Positions 10,001-20,000 of a DNA stretch of 20,000 bases are shown in pieces (the first letter of the stretch is position 1; each line of letters begins with the position of its first letter). The DNA comes from Rotaria socialis (Eukaryota). Made by a program: the position numbers and the translations under genes. The DNA is taken from NCBI GenBank assembly GCA_905331295.1, contig CAJNYD010000375.1, positions 58,599 through 78,598 on the forward strand. Direction: 5' to 3'. The notes beneath the pieces were generated by a model, which was given only the letters and a program-made list of their open reading frames with translations, searched no databases and was not told the DNA's origin.

Positions 10001-10694
10001 CTATTTTTACTATCAATGGTCTTTACAAAGAAGGTAAATCATAAGTGAATTTTAATAGTTTTGATTTTGTTTATGAATTTGTTGTCTTAGTGGATCACGT
10101 AACACACAATCCTATACGTTGCTTTCAACGTACATTTACTTGCGCTCAAACTGACAGCGGGTAAATATGAATTATTTCTCTGATTTAATCTAATTATTCT
10201 TATTTAGTGTACACATCATAGCTGATCATATTATGTTAACTAACGCCACTGAAGCTCAAATATCAGTATGTATAATTTTGAATTTAAGCTCTGCACAAGA
10301 GTAAAGTTTTTTTTTTTTGTGTTAATAGAAAATGACTCAGTCATCATCATCATCATTACGTACTTCAAATAATCAAGATACTCCAAATACTAATACAGAC
10401 AAGCAAAATCAAGCCATGATCTATAAATTTTCTCAAGAATCAGGCATGAATATCGAATATTCAAGACTGTAAGTTTAATACTTTAACATATGATATTTCA
10501 GTAAGAAATATGCTTTCTCAATATAGATGTTTAGAACAAAATAATTGGCATTATAATAAAGCGGCAGAGGTTTATCTTGACTTAAAAAATCAAGTGAGTT
10601 TTCGTTATGGTTTTTAGTTCGTTTTCTTTTAGTAGATTTTATTTCTATTTCTATTTAGAATAAGATTCCAGCTGATGCTTTCAATAAATCTTGA
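7089..10694 (+). CDS. NXF1: Nuclear RNA export factor 1 (NXF1/TAP): RBD, LRR, NTF2-like and TAP-C/UBA domains, about 619 aa
   Basis: Exons 7089-7502, 7561-7671, 7732-7803, 7858-7930, 7982-8070, 8120-8221, 8272-8396, 9422-9458, 9516-9938, 9991-10033, 10091-10160, 10208-10265, 10329-10468, 10527-10593, 10659-10694. All introns are GT-AG and the joined 1860 nt is open. Motifs: RGG-rich N-terminus, GWWRVSI (RBD), RRFNQQTFQLDLSNL and LDFGSNNI (LRR), FIEEFYRLFDTRGRSELHACYH and SRNLL...LLRHGK...FPYTKHD (NTF2-like), MIYKFSQESGMNIEYSRLCLEQNNWHYNKA...IPADAF (TAP-C). A possible extra first exon 6945-6962 (MMTYNE) splices in frame to 7074. Confidence 0.95.
8397..9421 (+). other. NXF1 'cassette' intron (1025 nt): structured, with an early in-frame stop, candidate retained intron
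   Basis: GT at 8397, AG at 9420-9421. It is the only long intron among 14 (the others are 47-65 nt) and is followed by a 37-nt exon (9422-9458). Read-through gives AGG TCA GAT CGA TAA with the stop at 8407-8409. It contains multiple nested reverse-complement blocks. Confidence 0.85.
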
Positions 10695-10869
10695 TTTGAT
10701 TGTTATAATTATAGACTTTGTTTCCATAGAAACTACACATTATTTTTGTTTTCTTTCTTTTGATTTTATAATTTTGTTTTCTTTTTTGAAACTGAAGTGT
10801 ATTCATATATATATATTTGTTTTTGGACTCCATGAACGAAGCTTACTAGTGTAACTGTGCTAAACATTC

Positions 10870-10875
10870 AATAAA
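10870..10875 (+). terminator. Candidate polyadenylation signal for NXF1
   Basis: AATAAA about 175 nt after the stop at 10694, following a U-rich 3'UTR. A second AATAAA lies near 10906. Confidence 0.5.
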
Positions 10876-13519
10876 ATTTGAAAAAAAAGAGATTGTCCTG
10901 TCAAAAATAAAATAACGGCATGATTGTTAAATAGAAGTTGTCTAATTTACAAAATCCATTCTGAATTTCAACGATTGATATTATTTCTTCTTTACCAAAG
11001 TAATTCAAAGATATTTTATTTTCATATAAGAATCGATGAAAATAGTTTGATGATTCAATTCTAATCAGCTAGTTTCGTAATTTTAGAAAATAAATTTATT
11101 ATTGATTCAGAAATATATACAGTATCTTAATTCGAGCACCAAAATAAAGAGTAAAATACGTATCATGTATCTGTCAGACGTAAACTTGAAATGCTGTGCT
11201 GAAATTAGAAATAAAACACATTGAAGGTACAGTTTAGATATTAAAAGTTTGATAACATCTACGTGTCAACGCATAGAAATATGTTGGAGAAATGTGCAAA
11301 AGCATAACAGAATTCACCTTCATAGATCTTGGAAACTGAATTGTGGATGTTTTCAAGACTATCAGCCACTCTTTTTAGTACATACCATATCATAAAAGAA
11401 AAGAATTATTTTCTTTGATAAGTAATTCTTATGATACACCAAATTTCTAATAACTTTTAATCGTTTGCCATCGATGAACAAAAATGATTAAATCTACTTG
11501 AAAAGTCAATCTCAACAAAAATAGATCCTTTGAATCTGAAATTTTTTTCTATATATAATGAATTAATTATTAGGTGTTTTTTGTTCGTAGTTCAGTTTCT
11601 TTCATTGTTATCCAGCCAGAAAGTAAATCACAAAAACTCATTAAAACTATTATTAATCATTTATAACAGTTCATGATAATGAGATCTTTAATAATGGAAA
11701 TAGTGTTATTCTAAGTAGAAGAAACTGTACTCATCGATGGTCAATGTTTTTTTTATCGCTGGATAATCTTCTGTATAGTTATTTCTTTAGTAACCTATTT
11801 GAATAATTATTTTATTCCACTGCGTTTGCAGAGGGAATACAAACAAGAAAAAAAACACCGCACATACTCATGAGAAATTATAGCGAACACGAGAAAAAGA
11901 TTCTTTTTACACTATTGACTAAAGTCAAGTATGAGAATAGGAATCAACACGGCATGACATGAAATATAAAATCTAGCAGAATGAACCAAACTATTGCTAT
12001 TTTGAGTTTCAAATAGTTACTACAGCAAAAATCAAATCTGATTGACTCTCTAAATTATTTGCTCTGTTTAATCAAGTCGATATTTTGTTTCAAATACAAA
12101 ATATGAATTTTGTTATTATACGATGGTTAAATTATACTTTTAAATTAGGTAAATCGAAAAAAAATCTAATGGAGTATACGGGTTGTATGCTGTTTAAAAA
12201 CTTCATCGAAAGAAAGAATGCTATCGGCTATAATATATGAGACACATTGAATATACATGTTCTCAAAAGAGTTACACTCATGAAACTATCAATTATTGAA
12301 TGAAAACAAGACATAATCAGGAAAAAAATAGAAAATTCCTCATGTTCTTAAATATATCTGAATAATTGAGAAAGATAGTTAATGTGTTGTGTTACATGTC
12401 ATAGAAAAGTCATTCGACAAAGCAATAAAAAACGATAGATACTTATTAAGATAAAAAAATCTCTACGAAGGACAACAGTAGCAATTACTACGTGGTAGTT
12501 AAACGATGCTTTAGTAAGTTCAATATTGACTAGTCTTTGAAGTCTAATTTGCATAAATTTTGTCTATGGGGAAAAAGTCGATTAACATATAAAATAAAAA
12601 AGTACTTTCATTATTAAAACAATTTCGTGTTTGAAGTTTATGTAATCTATAGGAGAAAAATACATTTGTACTGGTATTTTTCAAATACTGTCGAGATATA
12701 AACTATTATAAATCAAAGATAACCAACTGCATAACTGACATTTCACGAAAGAACAAGTATTAGAGAAAAGTGAAAAGTTCAAAACTAATTAGAATAGATA
12801 GATATTGTCAATTGACATTCAGATCAATATGACAAACAGTTATCAATTGTTAGATAAAAAAACTTTTTTTTATTATTAAAAATCTCATGTTAGATGTAGT
12901 GAAAACAGTGACGGGATAAACATCGATGTATATAAATATTTAATAATACTATTTTCTTTCATAATCTTTTACAATTCATCATAGGTTAGCGTATATATAT
13001 ATATTTTTACAATAAGAGAATTGTAGATGGTAGGATCTTTTCTCCTGTTCGGAATTTTTTCTTTACATATCATTTCTGTTGTATAGTTATCGTTCGAATG
13101 CTCCTTTTTCTAGCTAGTTCATTCATTTATATAGTATTGGAGCGTTTACAAGAATCAATAATTCCAAAATGTCATGTTATCGATAGTGACCTAACGACAT
13201 CAAACAAAAAGAAGATTCTTGCCATTCATTATAGTTATTGGCATACATATAGATGGAACTAAGTAGTTATAAAAAAACCTGACTTCGATTAGTAAATGTA
13301 AGCATGGAAAAATGAAGAACAAGAAAGAGATACAAAAAAATCAAAAAAGATTTGACATTATCTTTTCATTGTTTTCTTTGGCAAAAAATACTCTGTTCTA
13401 GTACAGAACATGCCAAATAAGAGGAATGAGTAAAAGAAGCAAAATGCAATGAAGAAAGGTTGTTAAATTGTTGTGCAAATGAAACTACTTTACCATTCGC
13501 ACATCGATAGGCGAATCGA

Positions 13520-13574
13520 TATAAACATAAATCGTTTTCTCTCTTTTTCAGTTCTCTCTTATATTTTTGTAAGT
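13520..13574 (+). promoter_or_regulatory. Candidate TATA plus Inr core promoter and first 5' splice donor, probably of the zinc-finger gene
   Basis: TATAAA at 13520-13525, TCAGTT at 13548-13553 (A at 13550, so TATA begins at -30), and consensus GTAAGT donor at 13569-13574. Confidence 0.4.
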
Positions 13575-14900
13575 TTTAAGAAAACCTTTTCTTCTCTCTT
13601 TTATCCAACCTTAATATATATTTATATTTTTTGGTGAAACAAGAAATCGTTTATTCTTCACTTCTTCTTGTCAAAGTTTTTCCTATACAGCCGTCTCCAG
13701 AGTGTCATCGTATTGCATTTCTTATTCTTCATCATTACCAACAATAATCTCTATTGTGTGGTATAAAATCTTCCGATTTCTTGAGATTGAACGTTTTTCT
13801 TTCTAGTTATTGTTCTATCTGTCTCATTTAAATATGTATGCAGACGAGGGCAAGCAATTTTATTTATGATGGTGAAGATTAACAACAATCGGAGACGGTA
13901 CAAGCGAGCCATGAAGAACGATAACATATAGAGAGAAAAAAAGACCGATAGGTATTTCTCTGACGGTCGAGCAGAGAGGACAACAGGTCATTTTCTTCCA
14001 TTTCTATCCTATACATACAGGATATATGTATTTTAAAGGTGAACGTTGTACATTTAACGAGAAAGATTTTGTTCATTTTTTTCCATTCCATTCATTTTGC
14101 CTTACAATTGCTGTTGATCATAATAATACGATTGATTGTGAAAGCAAATGAACAGTGCGTTTCTTCGTCGCCTTCTTCTTCATTCTTAGTTTTTTTCCTT
14201 CTTCCGGTCTAAATCCTGAATATTACAAGTAACGAATAAAAAAAAGAATATCTCTTTAGTGTTGTAACACGACGTTTGTTGCTCTATCATTCTCTACTTT
14301 CTATCGTTAATCAAATTGAACTATAGTTAGCTATCCAAGTCACAATGCGCGCGTCACAGTGCATATATTTATATATATATATATTCATATATACGCTGGT
14401 TCTGGAAATTTTCTTCTCGTTCTTCATTTTTCTCTTTCGATTCAACCGGCATATATACCATCGAAGATATTTCATTCTGTAGTTTCATTCATTTCATTTC
14501 ATTCCTATTTTTTCCCCTTCGTCCTCGTTCTCGTCTCTTTCCCCCCTTTTTTTTGGTCGAAACTAATCGATCGCCATTCTATATACTTTTTCAAGTAATG
14601 AATAAAATTTTGACATTTAACAAAATTTGAATTCTTCTCTTCCATTCCTAACTTGAACTTGTCCGATCATTTCTTTTTTTCTCTCTCTGCCTCATCGTCT
14701 TCTCTTTCTTTTTCCTACTATCCTATACCAGTATTATTCCTTGTTCAAAAAAAAAAATAAAAAGAATTAACAAACTTCATATACATATATATATATAACC
14801 TACAAAGCACTTGTCGTATGTTATTTTTAGATTTTAAGAAATATTGAGAAAAGGCCAGACTAAAATTTCACTTTCTTGATAAATAAAACTTCTTGCAAAC

Positions 14901-17900
14901 ATGTCAACAGCCTATATTTGTCCAATGTGCGTTTTCAATTGTGACAATTTACCAGATTTAGAACAGCATCTTGAAGGTAAATTGATCAAAGAAAAGTCAA
15001 AAAGTTAAAAAAACAAAAAAATTAATTTTTTCTAGCTCATGAGAATAATTCAATTCAATCACCTGTTAAACAACAACAATCAAATAAATCTGTACGAAAT
15101 AGTCCTCTGTATGCTAAATCTCAATCTGCACTTAATCTTGTTTGTTTTATTTAATTTAATTTAATTCTGTTTTATGTTAAACATTAAAATTTTCTAGCAG
15201 CAGCAACAACAACAACAAAATCGTTCTCCGATTAATAATTCTTCGAAACCATTGATTTCTTCACCAACTTGTTCATCTCCAAATAAAACCTATGATAGAC
15301 GATATTCATGCAAATCGTGTCCATTCTCAACTCATAGTGTTAAAGCATATTTTAATCATCGACAGATGGCACACGGCGAACAACTCATCGTTACTGAATG
15401 TCCATATTGTGATTATGCTAGTCAATATCCTGGTAAAGTAAAAAAACATTTAACAGATGAACATCCATTACAACAGATATCAACTGGTATTTATTTGTTT
15501 TATATTTATTAGATAAATGAATATTTAATTATTATTTAGTCAAATCGCCAACTCAGTCGAATCGAACAACACTGCATGGAAATTCAATAAATAATACAAT
15601 TGAACAAAATGCAATAAATAATAATGTTGAAAAAGCTATAACACGATTTACTGATTGTCCATTTTGTTCATTTACATCAGTTGATTCTGAAGCATTTCGT
15701 AAACATGTACTTACAAATCATTTAAGTGATAAAAATTTTCGTTGTCTTGTTTGTAATCGACTTTACCGATATCGAGGCGATTGTATGCTTAATTCAAAAT
15801 AGATAACTCTCAATTCATATTTTTTTGTAAATTTAGGTTCGTTTCATATACGTAAGAAACATTCGGATCGTATGATTGGTGATAATATTGAATCACTACG
15901 TGAATATATTGGCGAATTTCAGCCTAATTCAATGACAGCAATAGAATTAAAAGAACTTTTGTCGTGTCCATTAACACCATCACTTGCATCGATACCATCG
16001 TTAAATGGAACACCTAATAATATTCGGCAATCATCAACGCCATTAATTCAATCTCAACAACCAAATCCTCCACATGCTTTTCGTTGTGGTTATTGTAAAT
16101 TTTCGTCTGTTAATTCAGGTGACGTTAAAAAACATCAAACGTGGAAACATGCTGGTTTCGAATCGAACATTTTACCTATTGATCCTAATGATCCTCAACA
16201 ACAGCCCATAGGATGTTATAAACGAAAAAGAGTTCATAGTACAAAATCAACTAGTAATGACGATGATGGTCATACTATACGACGAGCAAGAATATCAATG
16301 CCATTACAACGAGAATTAATTGTTGATACATCTCAATCAGCAATGGTTTCAATAGCAAACACTGATAATGATCCAGTATCAGGAGGTTTGTTACTTATTA
16401 AAATTTTTCTTAAAATTCAATTGACATCAAGTCAAAATAAAGTTTGATAGTACAACAAAATAATAATTACGTTCTACAAAGAAATATTAGTCTTACGTGA
16501 TCAATGATTCACTCATGCAGATCATTTTCTAAAAATAATTTTTTTTATTTGACAATAGAAAGGTCTATTTATAATTTGAATCAAAAATGAATTATTTTTA
16601 ATATTTGGCACTGTTCTTACATGATGTATATACTATGCCCGAGCATAAACGAGATTTGTAGAAACATTCTATTGTATCTCGTTTATATAAATAAACCCAG
16701 AAATAATACACATATCATAGTCTTCTAAACATAGTAACTGTTTATTCGTGCTTGATTTGATAGCTTGTTATAGTTTATGCTGATGAAAATTATAATATGA
16801 CTTAGAAATATGATCATATTTTACAAAAGAAAAAAAGAATAGACTTTATTTAAGAATTTCATTATTGAAATAGATCTTCTATCACCAAATGATCCTCGAC
16901 CACCACCAGTCGATGGTGATCAGTTAGCAATGAAAACAACTAATAATCATTTATCTACCCAACATCAGATATTTGCTATTGGAGCATTATCATCTCGTGT
17001 TTATAAATGTACACGTTGTGAACGCTTAGCACCACATCGATGGATAATTGAACGTCATATACGCGCTAAACATCCGTCGGATTCAGATAATATGTCAAAT
17101 GTTATAATTGAAATAGAAAAGCCATTGGCAACATCAACCAGTGGTGAACCAATGACAGCAACGAAATCTTCATCGGCAACATCTGATCAAGATTCTTTAA
17201 CTTCAACAATACCAAAAGCTTTTTCATGTTCAGCATGTTCAATTCAATCTTATCATTTATGGGTTATTCTTCGACATATTCGAAATGTTCATCATACTGA
17301 TGGGTCAAATGCAAAAATTATTGATAATATTAATAATCAAGTAAATTATATTTTATTTTCCATATTTCATTTATTATATTCATCTTTTTTTTTATTGAAC
17401 AGATCATAGAAGATAGTGATGATCTTGAATCAGATACACCTGTTCATAATATATCGTCAAATACAATGACAATAACGTCAAATTCTAATGATGATCATAA
17501 TAATAATAATAATAATAGCAACAATAAGTATAATGATGATAAAGATGAAACAAAAACTCAACAAAATAGTTTGAATAATGAAGAAATGCTTACACGTTTA
17601 ATAAATACAGCTATGACAGCAAGAAAAATGAATGCTCCAAATTCATTTTTAGAAAATTTACCTACATCATTAATGAATAATAATGTTGCTGCAACACTTG
17701 CTACTCTTCTTGGACAATTAACTAGTAAGCAATTAACTCAACAACAACAACAACAACAACAACAACAGTGTCAAGGTGAAAAAGCACCATTAGCTAAACG
17801 ATATAAATGCTCACTTTGTTCACACATATCTGCTTGGGGAGGTAAATAATAAAACAAATTCATAAGTTTTTAACTCTAAATAGCTTATAATGTGTTATTT

Positions 17901-19437
17901 GCTTCTTAATCAAAGGCAATGTTAAAAAGCATTTGAAACGGATGCATACAGGTGATGATGGAGGTTATGTGATTGATCTTGGTGTTGAATTAGCCAATAG
18001 CGGTGCTCACTTATCGACACAATTATCATTGATGTCAAATACAGAAGAACTGGATGAAGTAGACGAAAAACCAATGGTTAGTATGAATACAACGAAAATA
18101 CGACCAACAAATGGGAATGGCTATCAATTATACCAAGACTTTTATCAGCAGGTATGCCAATAGATAATTGATAAAAGAAAATCAATTGAATAGATAGATA
18201 TTCAAGAAAAAGAAATTTGTTAGTATATGTTTCAAACCAGAACTTGAATTCAATGCTCGACTCAGAAGTATAGCGTTTGATTTTTGAGATTTAAAACATA
18301 CTATTTTCGATAATACTTGTATAAAATAAATTCAGAAGAGAGAAGAAAATGATTTTCATTTGTATTTCAACGTAAAAAGTATCTTCGTATAAATATTTAT
18401 CACTAGTAAAATCATTGGTAATCGTCTTCCTATAACGACTTTGTATAGATTTTGAAAAGTAATGATGCGAAATTTGAATGTTTATAGAAATTTATATTCG
18501 CTTGATGTGTTCTGCCATCATGGATAATTTTATGAGGGATTGAGAACTAGACATGGTTTTTCAGTTCTCCTCTAATGCCGTAGTTGCTAAAAGTCTACTT
18601 TCATATTCATATCTGTCAACTAAACAGCGATCAAATTTAAGTTTCTTTGAGAATTCCTCGATTTGTGAAGAGATGAAATTTGTATTTGTTTCTTTTTACA
18701 TTTATTTTTTAGTCATCTGAAATAGTCAATACAAAACTAAAAGATATTGATAATTCTCCTTCATTTGCTCCAATGTCATCAACTAATTCTTTTCAATCAA
18801 CACGACCAGAACGTCTATATGGATGTTCTGTATGTTCATTTGAATGTACCAATCCAACAAATATTCATCGTCATGTTGAACTTCATTCTGGTGATGATGG
18901 TGGTGGTTTTCAGTGTTCACAATGTTTTTTCTTATCAAAATGGCGAGCAAGTATACGTAAACATATGATATCAGCACATGGTAGTAGTTTAGCTTCATTA
19001 ACAAATGTTCTCGAACCATTGACACTTGTCAAATCTCATGATGCTACTGTTATTGTTAAAAAATGGTTAAGTATGTACAATTTTGGTTTTTGAGTTTTTC
19101 TTCTTCAAATCTAATGTATCTGTTTACTTTAATCTTAGTACATGAAAATGGTATTAAACATGAAGATGATCCAAATAATAATAATACACATACAATGGAT
19201 GCATCCATATATTATTGTTCATCATGTCCATATACAAATAATAGTCGTTTATCATTTGAACAACATGTTATACATCATAGTTTACCTAAAACGAATGCAA
19301 ATGTTTATACATGTACATTTTGTACGTTTAATAGCTATGAACAAGATTCTTTTGAAGATCATCAAATATTACATATTATGAAAGAAGATTTTCAACAAGA
19401 TGCAACAGCTAATACTCTGGAAAACACAGTTATTTAA
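14901..19437 (+). CDS. Multi-C2H2 zinc-finger protein (13 scattered fingers, polyQ and polyN tracts), about 1019 aa, putative transcription or chromatin regulator
   Basis: Exons 14901-14976, 15036-15139, 15198-15486, 15540-15782, 15837-16385, 16874-17340, 17403-17841, 17916-18151, 18713-19070, 19139-19437. All introns are GT-AG and the joined 3060 nt is open. Fingers begin CPMC, CKSC, CPYC, CPFC, CLVC, CGYC, CTRC, CSAC, CSLC, CSVC, CSQC, CSSC, CTFC. Three fingers are completed only across splice junctions, which supports the model. The extreme C-terminus is uncertain. Confidence 0.9.
17739..17768 (+). repeat. (CAA)n coding microsatellite encoding polyQ (10 Q); an (AAT)n polyN tract lies near 17499-17516
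   Basis: Read directly within exon 7 of the zinc-finger gene. Confidence 0.85.
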
Positions 19438-19844
19438 AAAAAACCTAAAAAATATGACTGTTTCTCTTCTTGTTTCTCTTCACTATATTTCATTTCTTTT
19501 GTATTTGTTTACTAAATCAATGCGATTTATGTCAGTTACCTATGTAAAAATATTCATCACTGCTGAATTCTTTCTTTTCGCAGTGTATATATATTCTCGT
19601 TTTATACCTTTCCATCGTCAAATTCGTAAATCGCCCTAGTCAGATGATGAAGAGACTTCGAAAGAAACATAAAATAACTTGATCATTGTCTGTATTATTT
19701 AATGATCTTTTTTTTTGTAAATGTTTGTCTGTGTTAGTTTTCTTTCTGTATTCTTTTGAAAGATAGTATATATCTTTCAATTTTCATGTTTTTTTTTTGC
19801 TTCACTGGCCATTCGCTTGGCCATCAAAGAAGTAGTTGGAAAAG

Positions 19845-19850
19845 AATAAA
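19845..19850 (+). terminator. Candidate polyadenylation signal of the zinc-finger gene
   Basis: AATAAA downstream of a U-rich 3'UTR-like stretch at 19690-19800. Confidence 0.4.
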
Positions 19851-20000
19851 AACTAACAAGCAAAGATCGGTATTCTTCACATGTAAAAATAAATGAGGAA
19901 ACATCGGATTCGCATCCGATTGTTATGTGTACTGCAAAAACTGAGTCGATTTATATATGTTGTGAATAATTCTAAGAAAAAAAATTTTTTTGAAAAAATC

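Noticed and set aside
10900..13420. 2.5 kb intergenic stretch with isolated palindromes (ACTAC-gtg-GTAGT near 12487-12499, TGTCAATTGACA 12806-12817, TGTTCT-agtac-AGAACA 13394-13410)
   Set aside because: I found no paired terminal inverted repeats, target-site duplication or transposase remnant. Isolated short palindromes are expected by chance. A repeat-library search would be needed to exclude a decayed element.
13879..14598. ORFs 13879-14091 and 14359-14598
   Set aside because: They translate pyrimidine-rich or TA-repeat leader sequence and show no protein signal.
18747..19639. ORFs 18747-18968, 18783-19025, 19142-19381 and 19400-19639
   Set aside because: Off-frame or antisense overlaps of the zinc-finger exons and 3' region.
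1..20000. CRISPR arrays, tRNA or rRNA genes, prokaryotic or horizontally acquired genes
   Set aside because: No regularly spaced repeats or RNA-gene signatures seen. All five genes belong to typical eukaryotic families.

Overview
AT-rich eukaryotic (animal) genomic DNA with many 47-70 nt GT-AG introns. The style suggests a bdelloid rotifer, which is inference only. Five protein-coding genes were spliced by hand: (1) the 5' end of a class II (muscle-type) myosin heavy chain, minus strand, running off the left edge; (2) a complete 10-exon CDC40/PRP17 WD40 splicing factor, minus strand, 592 aa; (3) an RNF4-like SIM-plus-RING SUMO-targeted ubiquitin ligase with an intronless CDS, minus strand, 297 aa; (4) a complete 15-coding-exon NXF1/TAP mRNA export factor, plus strand, about 619 aa; (5) a protein of about 1019 aa with 13 scattered C2H2 zinc fingers, plus strand. 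The most striking feature is the single 1025-nt NXF1 intron (8397-9421). It lies at the position of the conserved retained 'cassette' intron, just before a 37-nt exon, and has an in-frame stop at intron nt 11-13. It can fold into a long nested RNA rod topped by a row of short hairpins, making it a candidate CTE-analogous autoregulatory RNA element. Second, CDC40 starts immediately after a splice acceptor only 277 nt downstream of the RNF4-like stop codon, which suggests an operon-like or shared-first-exon transcription unit.
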